From contig VSNG01000002.1 in NCBI GenBank assembly GCA_009774175.1, positions 11,095 to 75,094 on the forward strand: a stretch of DNA of 64,000 nt. The letters run 5' to 3'. This stretch comes from Lachnospiraceae bacterium (lineage in GTDB: Bacteria; Bacillota; Clostridia; Lachnospirales; Lachnospiraceae). Position numbers and translations under genes: made by a program. Positions 39,552 to 49,032 of the stretch are shown here, one piece after another (positions within the stretch are counted from its first letter, which is position 1; each line of letters starts with the position of its first letter). A model generated the notes under the pieces. It saw only the letters and a list, made by a program, of their open reading frames with translations. It did no database searches and had not been told where the DNA came from.

Positions 39552-41123
39552 TCATCTATTATATAGGGAATCCGTCAAAAACACAACCTCTATCTGCTTG
39601 CGGATCTTCTCCAGATACGCGCGGTTTCTGATATTTTCCTCCGTCCCTTTCGTATACTGGCTCGCCATATAGGAAGTGACATAGTTACCGCCCTCCTTCT
39701 GGTAGCCGTCAAAGCCCGCCACATATACCTGCCCCGCTTTCAGCCTGATTAAAAGCTTCATCAGCATGATGACACAATTGTCACAAACTCCCTTTTCATC
39801 AAAACACAGATCCGCATAATTAAGCACGTTTTTCTCCTCGCACACATCCGTCAAGTTCGAGGTAATCAGCACCGTGCTCTCCTCTTTTTTCTCTTCCAGC
39901 GCGTCATAACGCATGGCGTTGGAACAGAAAATATAATCCGCATGGTAATCCGACGGCGCAAAGTTCGCCGCAAACACAACCGGCTTCTCTTCCCCGATAA
40001 AGGTTTCGATTTTTTCCCTGCATTTCAGAATGCTTGCGCCGGGCGCCAAAATCAGAATCTTTTTCTGTTTCAGCTTCTCTTCCAGCGAAGCAAGAATTAC
40101 GTCGTCGTCCACTTCATGATTCTGAAACCTCAGATACAGCTCTTCGATATACGCCTCGTCGTACGCCGTCTTTTTATGATCCTCAATACCCGCAAGAATC
40201 TGGTTGATCTGTTTGGCCCGCAGACGTCCTTTGCCGATCAGGTATTCCGCGTAATTCCTATGCAGGTTAAATTTGGCGGACAGCGCATAGGGCGTGCTGT
40301 AGCCCCAGGGTTCGATCTGCTTTAACTGAATGATATAATCGTCAATCCCGTCCAGCACAGGATTCACATCATAGACGGCTCCCTGCGTCTTATTCATGTA
40401 ATCCATAATCAGCTCCATGCACAGATTACCCGGCGTCCGCCCCATGCCCAGCATGGAAGCGTCGATTACGCTCTTTCTCTCGCTGGCCTTCATGGCGATA
40501 AACTCCTGCGCCAGCGAATAGGACAGGGCCAGATTTTCATGCAAGTGCAGGCCGATCACAATGGACTTGTCCAGATTATGCTCGATAAGAGAGTAAATCC
40601 GAAGCAGGTCGGATTTCATCATGGAGCCGAAGGTATCCACAATGGAAAAAGCATAGGGCTGGATCCGATTCACCTTTGCCAAAAGCTCCAGAATCATCTC
40701 ATCGGAATATCCCATGATATTGATGGGATTGCAAAACACCTTATATCCCTTGTTTTTGGCCTTACCGATAAATGCCAGACCCTCGTCGATATCATAATCA
40801 TGAAACGTCACGCGGATCGCGTCGATGGTTCTGCCGTCGTAATCCTCCAGCTTGTCTATGTCGTACTTATTATGCAGCGCCATGGCGGTAAACAGGGTAT
40901 TGCCCCGCTTCTCCGGTAATATGGGGAGAATCTCGCTACAGTTGTTGTATAAGGCCTTATTCCTGTCATACTCACAGTTGCGCAAAAAGCCCACTTCCAC
41001 ATAGTCCACCTGGGATTCCACCAGCTGTCTGATAATGCTGCGAATCGTATGATACCCAAAATTCCAGTCGTTGATATACCCGCCGTCCCGGAGGGTACAG
41101 TCCAGTAATTTAACAAATGACAT
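39552..41123 (-). CDS. HMGL-like (DRE-TIM) aldolase domain fused to a C-terminal Rossmann-like domain of unknown function
   Basis: LDCTLRDGGY and GLHLHENL match pyruvate-carboxyltransferase/HMGL-like metal-binding motifs. C-terminal domain of about 190 aa (KKILILAPGASILK...VYVAGFDGY). The track start is TTG. ATG 41123 has GGAG 9 nt upstream. Confidence 0.7.
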   Translation of the reverse strand: MSFVKLLDCTLRDGGYINDWNFGYHTIRSIIRQLVESQVDYVEVGFLRNCEYDRNKALYNNCSEILPILPEKRGNTLFTAMALHNKYDIDKLEDYDGRTIDAIRVTFHDYDIDEGLAFIGKAKNKGYKVFCNPINIMGYSDEMILELLAKVNRIQPYAFSIVDTFGSMMKSDLLRIYSLIEHNLDKSIVIGLHLHENLALSYSLAQEFIAMKASERKSVIDASMLGMGRTPGNLCMELIMDYMNKTQGAVYDVNPVLDGIDDYIIQLKQIEPWGYSTPYALSAKFNLHRNYAEYLIGKGRLRAKQINQILAGIEDHKKTAYDEAYIEELYLRFQNHEVDDDVILASLEEKLKQKKILILAPGASILKCREKIETFIGEEKPVVFAANFAPSDYHADYIFCSNAMRYDALEEKKEESTVLITSNLTDVCEEKNVLNYADLCFDEKGVCDNCVIMLMKLLIRLKAGQVYVAGFDGYQKEGGNYVTSYMASQYTKGTEENIRNRAYLEKIRKQIEVVFLTDSLYNR

Positions 41124-41181
41124 AAATGTCAGCTCCAATCCGATTTTATGGCCTGCGTTTAGTATAACACTGAACCCGAAC

Positions 41182-43852
41182 TCATAGCAAGTCTTCCTGT
41201 TTTCTCCTCCGCATCCGTAATCCGCCGCCGGTTCTGTTTTTCAGACATTCCACACCAATAAGCAGTATTCCGATCAAAGACGCCAGAAAGCCCATTTTCT
41301 GCCAAAGCGGGTCGTATACCACCCTGACGTGGTGCATCCCCTCCGTAAGCTTTACCGCGGTAAATCCGATGTTTGCCCGTTCTGTGGAAACCTCAGCCTG
41401 ATCCACATACACCTTCCATGCCCTGTCAAAGGGGATGCTCAGGAAAAGCCAGCCGCCGGACGCATTAATATCTCCTTCCAGATAATTATCCCCATACTCC
41501 AAATTGGTCAGCGCGCGCCGCTGTAATACCGCAAGCGCCTCCCTCGTCTGTTCCATTTCATACCAGTATACGGACATGCTGTCAATATGATACGCCGTGC
41601 CCTGTGCCAGTTCCAAAACGATTTCCTGCTCGGCTTTTTCGATCTTAACCAGCTGATCCTTCTGACCCGTGGTATAAATATTATTTGCATTATGAACCGC
41701 CAGCGTTTTATCGGCAACACGGATTTCTCCTCCTTCTGCCGTTTTTGCCTCCGTTCCTTCCAGATAAAGATATAGTTCCCCTTCCTCAAAATTAAAGGTT
41801 GACAGCTCCTCCTTTATGTGCACAATAATCCTGGCGTCTTTTCCCGCAGTCAGACAACCGTCTTCCTCTTCTATATTGACGTATTCTGTCTCATAATGCA
41901 GCGCCGTAACCGCACTCTCCGTCTCCTCCTCTTTGGAAAGCAGACTTCCCCGCGGATTTTCCAGCACGAGCCCTCTCATCATGGCGCTCTGCCTTTCAAG
42001 CGGCGGCATCCGCAAAAAATCTTCTTCCGAAAGCGCCGACGCATATTGCACCCCAAAGGGCAGCCAGCTGGCATTTTCCACCAATTCCCCATTTTTCTCA
42101 TAGTATTTCACACCTAAAAGCGACTGCAGCGCCTCCCGCCCGTCCAAACCGGCAAGATAATTGATTGTCCGCATTGCCGGAGATATTTTCAAAGCGTCAT
42201 AAAAGGACCAGATATTGCCGTTCATAATACTGTAATATCCCCAGCATCCCCTGTATCCCTGTAGCAGCGCGCCCTGATTTGCCTGCTCCTGCCTGTCAGT
42301 CCGATACCATTCCTCTGTCTGTTCCGTCTCCTCCACAGTCAGCGCAACAGCTTCCATCTCGTCCCTCGACATAAAGGAAAGATACAGTTCCTGTCCGCCA
42401 ATCTGATAAGGCCCCTCCAAAAAGATCATATTCAGCATTAAATTAACAAGCAGCGCTGCCACCAGCCTTTTCCTGCGTCTTACGCCATCCGAAAGGAGCG
42501 TCCAGATACAAAACGCCGTCACCCCGACACAGGCAACCGTTCTGAGTTTATCCTGCTGCACCATGTAGTGATAGCTCATGGAGCAGACAAAAACAGCAAT
42601 GGCGGATGCCATTCTCCTTTTACCCACCTTCTCCTCTCCATGCTCAATAAATAAAATCACCGCATAGGCGATGCCTAAATAGATGGCATACACCCATCTT
42701 GTATTGGGATAGGAAAAGCCGTTCATCATGCTCCACACAAAGGGACTGGCGTAAGCGACCGTCAAAAGCGCCGAGTAAACGCGTTCTCTTTTATTATGAC
42801 CGAGCCAGCACCGGATGACGGCCAGAAACGCAGCAAAGGAAATACCCAGAGACACCGCAAACATGGCAGATTTCTTATGTATAAACAGATTTTCAAGCTT
42901 TAGCAGAAGCTCCTGCACCGTCCAATACAGATACGGGCCTCCGATAATACCCGTTTCCATTCTTGCGCTCAAAAGAAATCCCCTGATCACGGGAAACAGT
43001 ATCGCGCCGGAAAGCAAAATTCCCATCAGATAGTATTTGGAAACGCAAAGCGCTTTTCGGGGAAGTCCCCGCAAATTCTTTGGATACCTGATTAAATATT
43101 CTGCCAGCGCATAGACAAAAACAAGAATTGTTTGAATATACAGAAAATAAAAACTACAACATGCCTGTAACGCAATGAGGAGCGAGAGTTTTACCCCCCC
43201 CCCTCATTTTTTCGTCATTTTCAGTCAAACTCCCCGCGGGAATAAATTTTTCCACCTGTATCAGCAGCAGCGGAAAAATATAGGCCGCATTCAAAATTTG
43301 ATAAAACTGTAACCCATTTGGCAGGGCAAACGCGGAAAAAACATAAAGAACTGCTCCCAGTACAGACAAAACCGTATCTTTTCCATGTCTTCTGCAAAAC
43401 AAAAGCATGGCGGCTCCGCAAAGCCAGAGCCGCAGAATCAGGGTAAATTCATACAGACGAACCGCGCCCTTCCCCACCGCGAATACGGAAAGCAGATTAA
43501 GCGGATCTCCAAATCCGTTAAAATTCAGCGGAGAAATCACATCGCTTCCCAGGCCTATGGAAAAATCATACAGGCGAACGCTTCCTGTAGAAAGGAAGCG
43601 CCGCAGCAGCTTCCCAAAATATAGAAACGTCGGATAATCCTGTCCCGGCGCATCCACATTATAAATAAATGATCTGCCGTTTATTACGTGAAATAATATG
43701 CCCACCCCGAAAAAAACAAAAAACAGTGCACTATACCATCCAAAGGGCAGCCATTTTTCTCTTTTGCTCTCTATCTTCATATCAGATTCTATCCTCTCAC
43801 TTTCCATTGCCTGGGCTCTCTCGAACCTCCGCCCCTTAAACGCTTCTCGCAC
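41182..43852 (-). pseudogene. YfhO-family GT-C glycosyltransferase, split into two frames by a G10 tract (phase-OFF or frameshifted)
   Basis: The N-terminal fragment (43154..43852) carries a YfhO-like start (DAPGQDYPTFLYF, YDFSIGLGSDVISPLN, GDPLNLLSVF). The C-terminal fragment (41182..43074, TTG start in the track) ends with the YfhO-like FLSIPFDRAWKVYVDQAEV...HHVRVVYDPLWQKMGF. The 630-codon frame is open back to the tract. Likely true starts are ATG 43780 or 43807. Confidence 0.8.
43194..43203 (-). repeat. G10 homopolymer (C10 on plus strand) at the frame break of the YfhO-family gene; part of the 16-nt element AGGGGGGGGGGTAAAA (43189..43204)
   Basis: Counted directly: c at 43194-43203, flanked by a (43193) and t (43204). 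The 16-mer is identical to 147..162. Confidence 0.9.
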
Positions 43853-43863
43853 TCTCTGTCCGG

Positions 43864-44544
43864 TTACACCGTCGGGTTCGGATCCTTCATCGCATAGAGC
43901 GCCTTCGCCATCTCATAATCATACAGATCGTCAATATCCGCCGCCTCCCGCTTATTGATCACAAGCTGATAATATTTCGGTCCGTAGTTGTAATGCCACT
44001 CCCGTACCTTCTCGGTGGGCGCCAGATCAATCCCGTTTGTGAAATGGTACATCATGGGAAGCTGCTCGGAATTTTTATGCTCCAGCCCCATCTTGAAATT
44101 CAGAGGGCCGTTGTCGTCCATCAGATAGGTCTGATAGGGAGATACGGTGATCAGAGAATCATATCCTTCCTTTAACTTCTCAAAGTATACGTTGATGGCC
44201 TTCTCATACAAATAAGGCTCCACACAGGGAGACGTTGCGCAGGCATACAGCAGATGATCTCCTTCGATGGTGTCGCAAAGATACTCCAGAAACATACCGA
44301 AGGGCACGGACTCATCCGCGTACTTCTGCGGCCTCTTAATGGCCTTCACCCCGCATTTTTCTCCGATGGCAAGCATCTCGTCGGAATCCGAAGAGACAAT
44401 AATCTCGTGGAGTCCCTTCACCTGTTTTAACTGTTCAATCTTGTGCTGCAGCAAATTCGAATCTCCAAAAGGCAGGATATTCTTATTTGGCAGCCTCGTG
44501 CTGTTTCCCTTTACCGGTATTACCGCTGTAATCTTATCGCCCAT
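43864..44544 (-). CDS. acylneuraminate (nonulosonate) cytidylyltransferase, NeuA/LegF family
   Basis: ITAVIPVKGNSTRLPNKN motif. ATG 44544 is preceded by AGGAGGAGG. The 35 upstream codons in the track overlap the preceding gene and are rejected. Confidence 0.85.
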   Translation of the reverse strand: MGDKITAVIPVKGNSTRLPNKNILPFGDSNLLQHKIEQLKQVKGLHEIIVSSDSDEMLAIGEKCGVKAIKRPQKYADESVPFGMFLEYLCDTIEGDHLLYACATSPCVEPYLYEKAINVYFEKLKEGYDSLITVSPYQTYLMDDNGPLNFKMGLEHKNSEQLPMMYHFTNGIDLAPTEKVREWHYNYGPKYYQLVINKREAADIDDLYDYEMAKALYAMKDPNPTV

Positions 44545-44575
44545 CTTATTTTCCTCCTCCTTAACGTGCATGTTT

Positions 44576-45949
44576 TTATTTTTCAAGCTCCCCTGCAATC
44601 TTAGCAATAATCCCCGCGATCTCCTCATCGTTCGTCTTCTCGAAATCATGCGCTACCTGTTCCAGTTCTCTTCTGGCCCTGCGCTTTGCCTCCAGCCACT
44701 TCCATTTCGGCCGGTCGTTCTCTAACATGGTCAGATAAACGTTATAGAGCGGCGTGATTTTTGTCAATGCCTTCGTCAGTTTTTCCGCCGTACCCATTTT
44801 GTGATAATAGGCTTTGAGCTGCTCCTTTGTCAGATCATAATAAGGGTTCTTCCAAACCTCTTCCGCCATATCGACAAACTTCATATAGCTTGGCGTCTCC
44901 CAGTCGATGGTATATACCTCGTCGATCAGCTTCTCACTGACGGGGAAGGGCCTGTCGTCTTCCCCGGTGGTCTTTTCAAAATCGGCAAAATCAGAAATCT
45001 TATCCGCGTCTTTCAAAAAGGCCAGCTCATAGTCCGCAGGCACCGGCACAGGGAAAAGCAGATAGCACATCTTTTTCCCGAAAAACGCCTCCACAAAGGT
45101 AGAACTGTTTCCCGTATAAATTTTATCGCTTATCAGTATCCACTGTTTGACGGACAAATCGCCGATCACTTTAAAGTTATCATATCTGCGCGCCATCTCC
45201 TGAGCCTGCGCGCTCTCCTCTCCGGGATGCGGACGGTAGACAAACACAACGTCCTTTCTCGTTTCGCAGGTCTTTCCCATCCACTCCAGTATCATCTTTT
45301 TGGAGGGAAGCATACAATCCTGATAATAATAGCGCCAGCCCTCGCCGAACCGCCTGCACATCTCCGCCAGATACTCCTCGGTGTGGTAATCGGAGAAATA
45401 GGGCGAGACAAAAAGAAAAACTTTCCTGTCCGCCGGAATCCCGTACTCTTTGAGCACCTCTTCCTTACTGCGGTAAAATCCTCTCAGCTCCTCCCGCAGA
45501 AAATCCATGCCCACATGACCGATCATTTTCACTTTCTGCGGATCCATCTTCGCCACTTCCAGCAAGCGTTTTTTGTTCATTTCGCCCCAGGAAACGCGGA
45601 CAACCTCTTTGGCCACGCCGGAGTAATTCTTATATGCCTTCTCATCCTTCTCGTCCATGGGAAACACAATGTTTTCCCACTGCATATCAATCAGCTTGTC
45701 AAACTTGACAAAATTCTTCGTATGCCACTCAATGGAGCTGTTCTGATAACAGGCCATGGTCACTACGACCCTGGTATGATAGATGGGACGCATCGCCTTA
45801 AGCGCCTCCGCATTCTCGATATGAATGATCTTCGTTCGGTAGCCCCTGCGGTCCAGCTCGTATTTTAACAGGCACAGATTTTCCAGCTCCCTCACCTTAT
45901 GCTCGTATATAAACAAAAAATCCAGTTCCTCGATCTTATACCTGACCAT
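44576..45949 (-). CDS. hypothetical soluble protein; candidate surface-carbohydrate (nonulosonate?) transferase
   Basis: No transmembrane segment and no classical GT2/GT4 motif. VFVYRPHPGEE is an HP-type motif reminiscent of capsule/teichoic-type transferases. It lies immediately upstream of the CMP-sugar synthetase. ATG 45949 has AAAGGAG 10 nt upstream; the alternative ATG at 45985 lacks an RBS. Confidence 0.35.
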   Translation of the reverse strand: MVRYKIEELDFLFIYEHKVRELENLCLLKYELDRRGYRTKIIHIENAEALKAMRPIYHTRVVVTMACYQNSSIEWHTKNFVKFDKLIDMQWENIVFPMDEKDEKAYKNYSGVAKEVVRVSWGEMNKKRLLEVAKMDPQKVKMIGHVGMDFLREELRGFYRSKEEVLKEYGIPADRKVFLFVSPYFSDYHTEEYLAEMCRRFGEGWRYYYQDCMLPSKKMILEWMGKTCETRKDVVFVYRPHPGEESAQAQEMARRYDNFKVIGDLSVKQWILISDKIYTGNSSTFVEAFFGKKMCYLLFPVPVPADYELAFLKDADKISDFADFEKTTGEDDRPFPVSEKLIDEVYTIDWETPSYMKFVDMAEEVWKNPYYDLTKEQLKAYYHKMGTAEKLTKALTKITPLYNVYLTMLENDRPKWKWLEAKRRARRELEQVAHDFEKTNDEEIAGIIAKIAGELEK

Positions 45950-45999
45950 TCTCTCATAACTCCTTTCGTCCGCCGTCCATTCCATCCATCAGGAAACGC

Positions 46000-47301
46000 T
46001 TATGTCCGCCATACCCGGGACAGTTCCTTTGCCGCCGCGCTGAAATTTCGTCTGGCATTAAAGTTCTCCTTAAATATGTCCAGGGATCTTTCGCACATCT
46101 GAAAATAGGCGTCCGTACCGTAACACTGCGCCATTTTTTCAATGGCGCGGGCCGTCTCCTGCGCCGTGGGATCTTCAGAAATCAGAACGCCATTGCCGTC
46201 CACCATCCGCTGCAGTTCTCCCACCGCCGTTGCGATCACCGGCACGCCGAAGGAAAGCGCCTCCTGCACCGCCACCGGCGAGCCGCCCTCGCTCTGGGTT
46301 GTGGTAATCAGACATCCCACATAATGCGTCCTGTAATATGTCACAACCTCCAAATTGCGCATCTTTCCCGTAAACTCATACTGTATATTATCCCTGCCGC
46401 CAAGCTTCTCATCCGCCAGCTTACGCATCTTTTCCAGATCTTCTCCGCCGCCGATATGCACCCAGCGCACCTTCGCTGACGTCACAGAGGCCAGTCCGTC
46501 AATAATCCTGTCGATCCGCTTCACAAAGCCGCTGGAACAGCTCAGAAGAAGAAATTCCCCGCCTTCACGGTATCCCTCTCTTCTGCTCTCGCCCGTCACG
46601 CCGCGCTCCGGCACGCCCAGCCTGTACAGCGGATATTTTTCACCGCCCGTAAGCCCGTACCGGGAAAGATAATACTCCCTGGCGGACTGCGCCGCAAAGA
46701 TCAGCCTTGTAAGCCCTTCGTCCGTCTGCGGTTTAAAAAACTGCTTTCCGTAAAGCTCCCGCTCGTCATACAGCTCATATCCGTGGGTTCTGGCCACGAT
46801 TTTGATCTGCGGAAACCTGCGTCTGTGCATGGTAAGGCCGAAGCACTTATAATCAAACCAGTAAAAGTAAAAAAGCGCCCGTGTATCCTTCGTCAGGTGA
46901 AGCTTTTTCTTTAATCTGCGGTAAAAAGTCTCCGCCGCCGTACCAAACATCAGCGCCCGGTAAACTCTCTGCGGAATTTTCTCCCCGCTTTTCAAAATCG
47001 AAACAAGCTCCCTGTAGCAATCTTTATTGGCAAGAAAACAAAGCATTGAAACCAGCTTTTCGGTTGCACTCTGCTTCGTGGGAATGATGCACGCTTCCAC
47101 GCCCTCCCCCGATCCGCCTGTCTGCGTCACGTTTTCCTGCGCTGCCGGCTCGTCTTTCGCCCTTATCTCGGCGGCAACCACCGACACATGGAAGTATTCG
47201 CACAGATAGGGATACTCCGGAGCCACAAAGGAGTCCTCCCCATGCCCGTAGGGAAAATCCTGTGTAATAAGATACATATCGGGTTTTCTGTTCTGTCCCA
47301 T
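46000..47301 (-). CDS. glycosyltransferase family 4 (GT-B)
   Basis: SEGGSPVAVQEALSFGVPVIATAVGEL. GGAGA/GGGAGGA upstream of ATG 47301. Confidence 0.8.
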   Translation of the reverse strand: MGQNRKPDMYLITQDFPYGHGEDSFVAPEYPYLCEYFHVSVVAAEIRAKDEPAAQENVTQTGGSGEGVEACIIPTKQSATEKLVSMLCFLANKDCYRELVSILKSGEKIPQRVYRALMFGTAAETFYRRLKKKLHLTKDTRALFYFYWFDYKCFGLTMHRRRFPQIKIVARTHGYELYDERELYGKQFFKPQTDEGLTRLIFAAQSAREYYLSRYGLTGGEKYPLYRLGVPERGVTGESRREGYREGGEFLLLSCSSGFVKRIDRIIDGLASVTSAKVRWVHIGGGEDLEKMRKLADEKLGGRDNIQYEFTGKMRNLEVVTYYRTHYVGCLITTTQSEGGSPVAVQEALSFGVPVIATAVGELQRMVDGNGVLISEDPTAQETARAIEKMAQCYGTDAYFQMCERSLDIFKENFNARRNFSAAAKELSRVWRT

Positions 47302-47333
47302 TCTCCTGCAATTCCTCCCTGTCAGAACGGCTA

Positions 47334-49016
47334 TCAGAAATATTTCCTGACCATGGCCAGCACCGTGACCGCCAGGCTCTTTTCCTCCACGCTGCCCTTA
47401 GCAAGAAGAAGTCCGATATCTCTTTGAAGCTCCTCGTCCAATACCGAATGCTTCATGGTATCTGCGGCATAATCCGCAAAATATTTCTGTATGCCCGCGT
47501 CCCTCTCATACCAGTAATCTATGGGATTCATGTTATCCCGGTTCTCAATGCGGGCAGCGGCGCAAAATTTCTGCCACAACAGCCTCTGCGCGGTCTTCAT
47601 CATCCGAAAGGGAATATGACTCTCTTTGGGTTTCACGCCGCCCCACTTTTCCCAGCCAAATTCCGCCGCCTGAGGATATTTTTCATTCAGCCACCGCAAA
47701 TAGATATGGTGATGATTCCTGTAGTCAAAGGGAATGGAAAATGCCACGTCCAGCAGATCCACGTCCATAAAGGGCGACGCAGTCTCTATATACTGCTGTC
47801 TGATCAGGTAAGAGGACGACGCCCCCAGCATTCCTCTTGTATAGATGCCAAACATCTCCTGACAGGGATATTCCTCCAGAATTTTTTCATCAAAGGAATA
47901 CTGCAGACGCTCCGAATGCGCATTCTGCCCAAACACGGGCTTCCCGCAGCTCAACGCCTTATCCCGGTACAAAGTTCCCAGAACAGCGTCCCCGATCATG
48001 CCCGTATGCTCCATGCCAAAGGACGTCGTATCAATCAGCTCAAGCAGGCGTCTTCCTCCCGTCATGCCCATATACAGGGCAGCACCGTTATTCTGGGAGG
48101 TCATCTCGTCGATATCATACATCCACTTCCCGTCATCCAACGGTTTATAAAGATACTCGTGTCCGAGATGCAGCGCAATCTGCCTTGCGATCTTCTCATC
48201 CCGGTATCCGTCCCGACAGTAAGTAACATTGACCTGATCCGTATAGCCAAGCTCGTGAGCCACCCAGGAAACCATACGGCTGTCCAGACCGCCGCTCAGG
48301 TCCACCAGATGACGATAGCCATACTCCCTGTCCTTCTCAAACTCACGCCTCACCGCCTCGCGAAAGGCTGCGTCGATCCTCTCCACAGCCTCCGCCTCGG
48401 ACATGATCTGAGGCTTATCCTGTATGAAATGATATCTGGAAACAACCGTCTGGCCGCCCCCGACCCGCAGATATTTGCCCGGCAGAAGACGATGAATCTG
48501 TCTGACAAACGTAATATCATCTATCATATAGCCGTAGGTAAGCATATACCGCGCCGCCAGCGGCTGAAAATCAACAGACAGACCATTGTATTTCAGCACT
48601 TCCACCATATCGTCCACACGGTCGGAAACCATCCACCTATCGCCGTCCACATAGTAATATACCGGCCTGACTGCAATCTGATCCGTATAGACAAGCAGTT
48701 CCTTCGTATTACAATCGTACAGATAGCCGCAGAAACCGCCTCTGAGTTTCAAAAGAGCGTCTTCGGCATTCTCCGCAAGAGCGCGGGTAAACGCTTCCGG
48801 CCAGTCTGCGCCGTCTGTTTGCCCATAATCCGCCTTATTGTAGGCATAACCGTTAAAAAAACCAACCTTTCCCTCGTCTTCCCGGAAAAACTGATCATCC
48901 GAAAATTTATTTAACAAATTCTGATAATGACGGCACTCCCCCGCCATCTGCACCTCACCCAGACATTCAATATTCAGATTCTTTGACGCCAAAAAGCCGT
49001 AACTCTTTTTCTTCAT
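47334..49016 (-). CDS. asparagine-synthase-family protein lacking the N-terminal Cys nucleophile (amidoligase-like)
   Basis: PP-loop LSGGLDSRMV in the synthetase domain. The N-terminus MKKKSYGFLAS has no Cys2. The track start at 49055 is TTG. ATG 49016 follows the upstream stop at 49033. Confidence 0.75.
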   Translation of the reverse strand: MKKKSYGFLASKNLNIECLGEVQMAGECRHYQNLLNKFSDDQFFREDEGKVGFFNGYAYNKADYGQTDGADWPEAFTRALAENAEDALLKLRGGFCGYLYDCNTKELLVYTDQIAVRPVYYYVDGDRWMVSDRVDDMVEVLKYNGLSVDFQPLAARYMLTYGYMIDDITFVRQIHRLLPGKYLRVGGGQTVVSRYHFIQDKPQIMSEAEAVERIDAAFREAVRREFEKDREYGYRHLVDLSGGLDSRMVSWVAHELGYTDQVNVTYCRDGYRDEKIARQIALHLGHEYLYKPLDDGKWMYDIDEMTSQNNGAALYMGMTGGRRLLELIDTTSFGMEHTGMIGDAVLGTLYRDKALSCGKPVFGQNAHSERLQYSFDEKILEEYPCQEMFGIYTRGMLGASSSYLIRQQYIETASPFMDVDLLDVAFSIPFDYRNHHHIYLRWLNEKYPQAAEFGWEKWGGVKPKESHIPFRMMKTAQRLLWQKFCAAARIENRDNMNPIDYWYERDAGIQKYFADYAADTMKHSVLDEELQRDIGLLLAKGSVEEKSLAVTVLAMVRKYF

Positions 49017-49032
49017 TCCCAATCCTTTGATT

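Noticed and set aside
41182-43074. Treating the 630-codon ORF as an independent gene starting at 43074
   Set aside because: The start given in the track is a TTG with no RBS. The frame is open a further 43 codons upstream, exactly to the G10 tract. The encoded protein lacks the YfhO N-terminal region, which is supplied by the adjacent 43154..43852 fragment.
44801-45868. 355-codon plus-strand ORF
   Set aside because: It is antisense to the 44576..45949 gene. No motifs, skewed composition. All neighbouring genes are on the minus strand with tight spacing.
47424-48914. 496-codon plus-strand ORF
   Set aside because: It is antisense to the AsnB-like gene, which carries the SGGLDS PP-loop. The composition is low-complexity and R/H/I/L-rich, and there is no RBS context. 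Shadow ORF.
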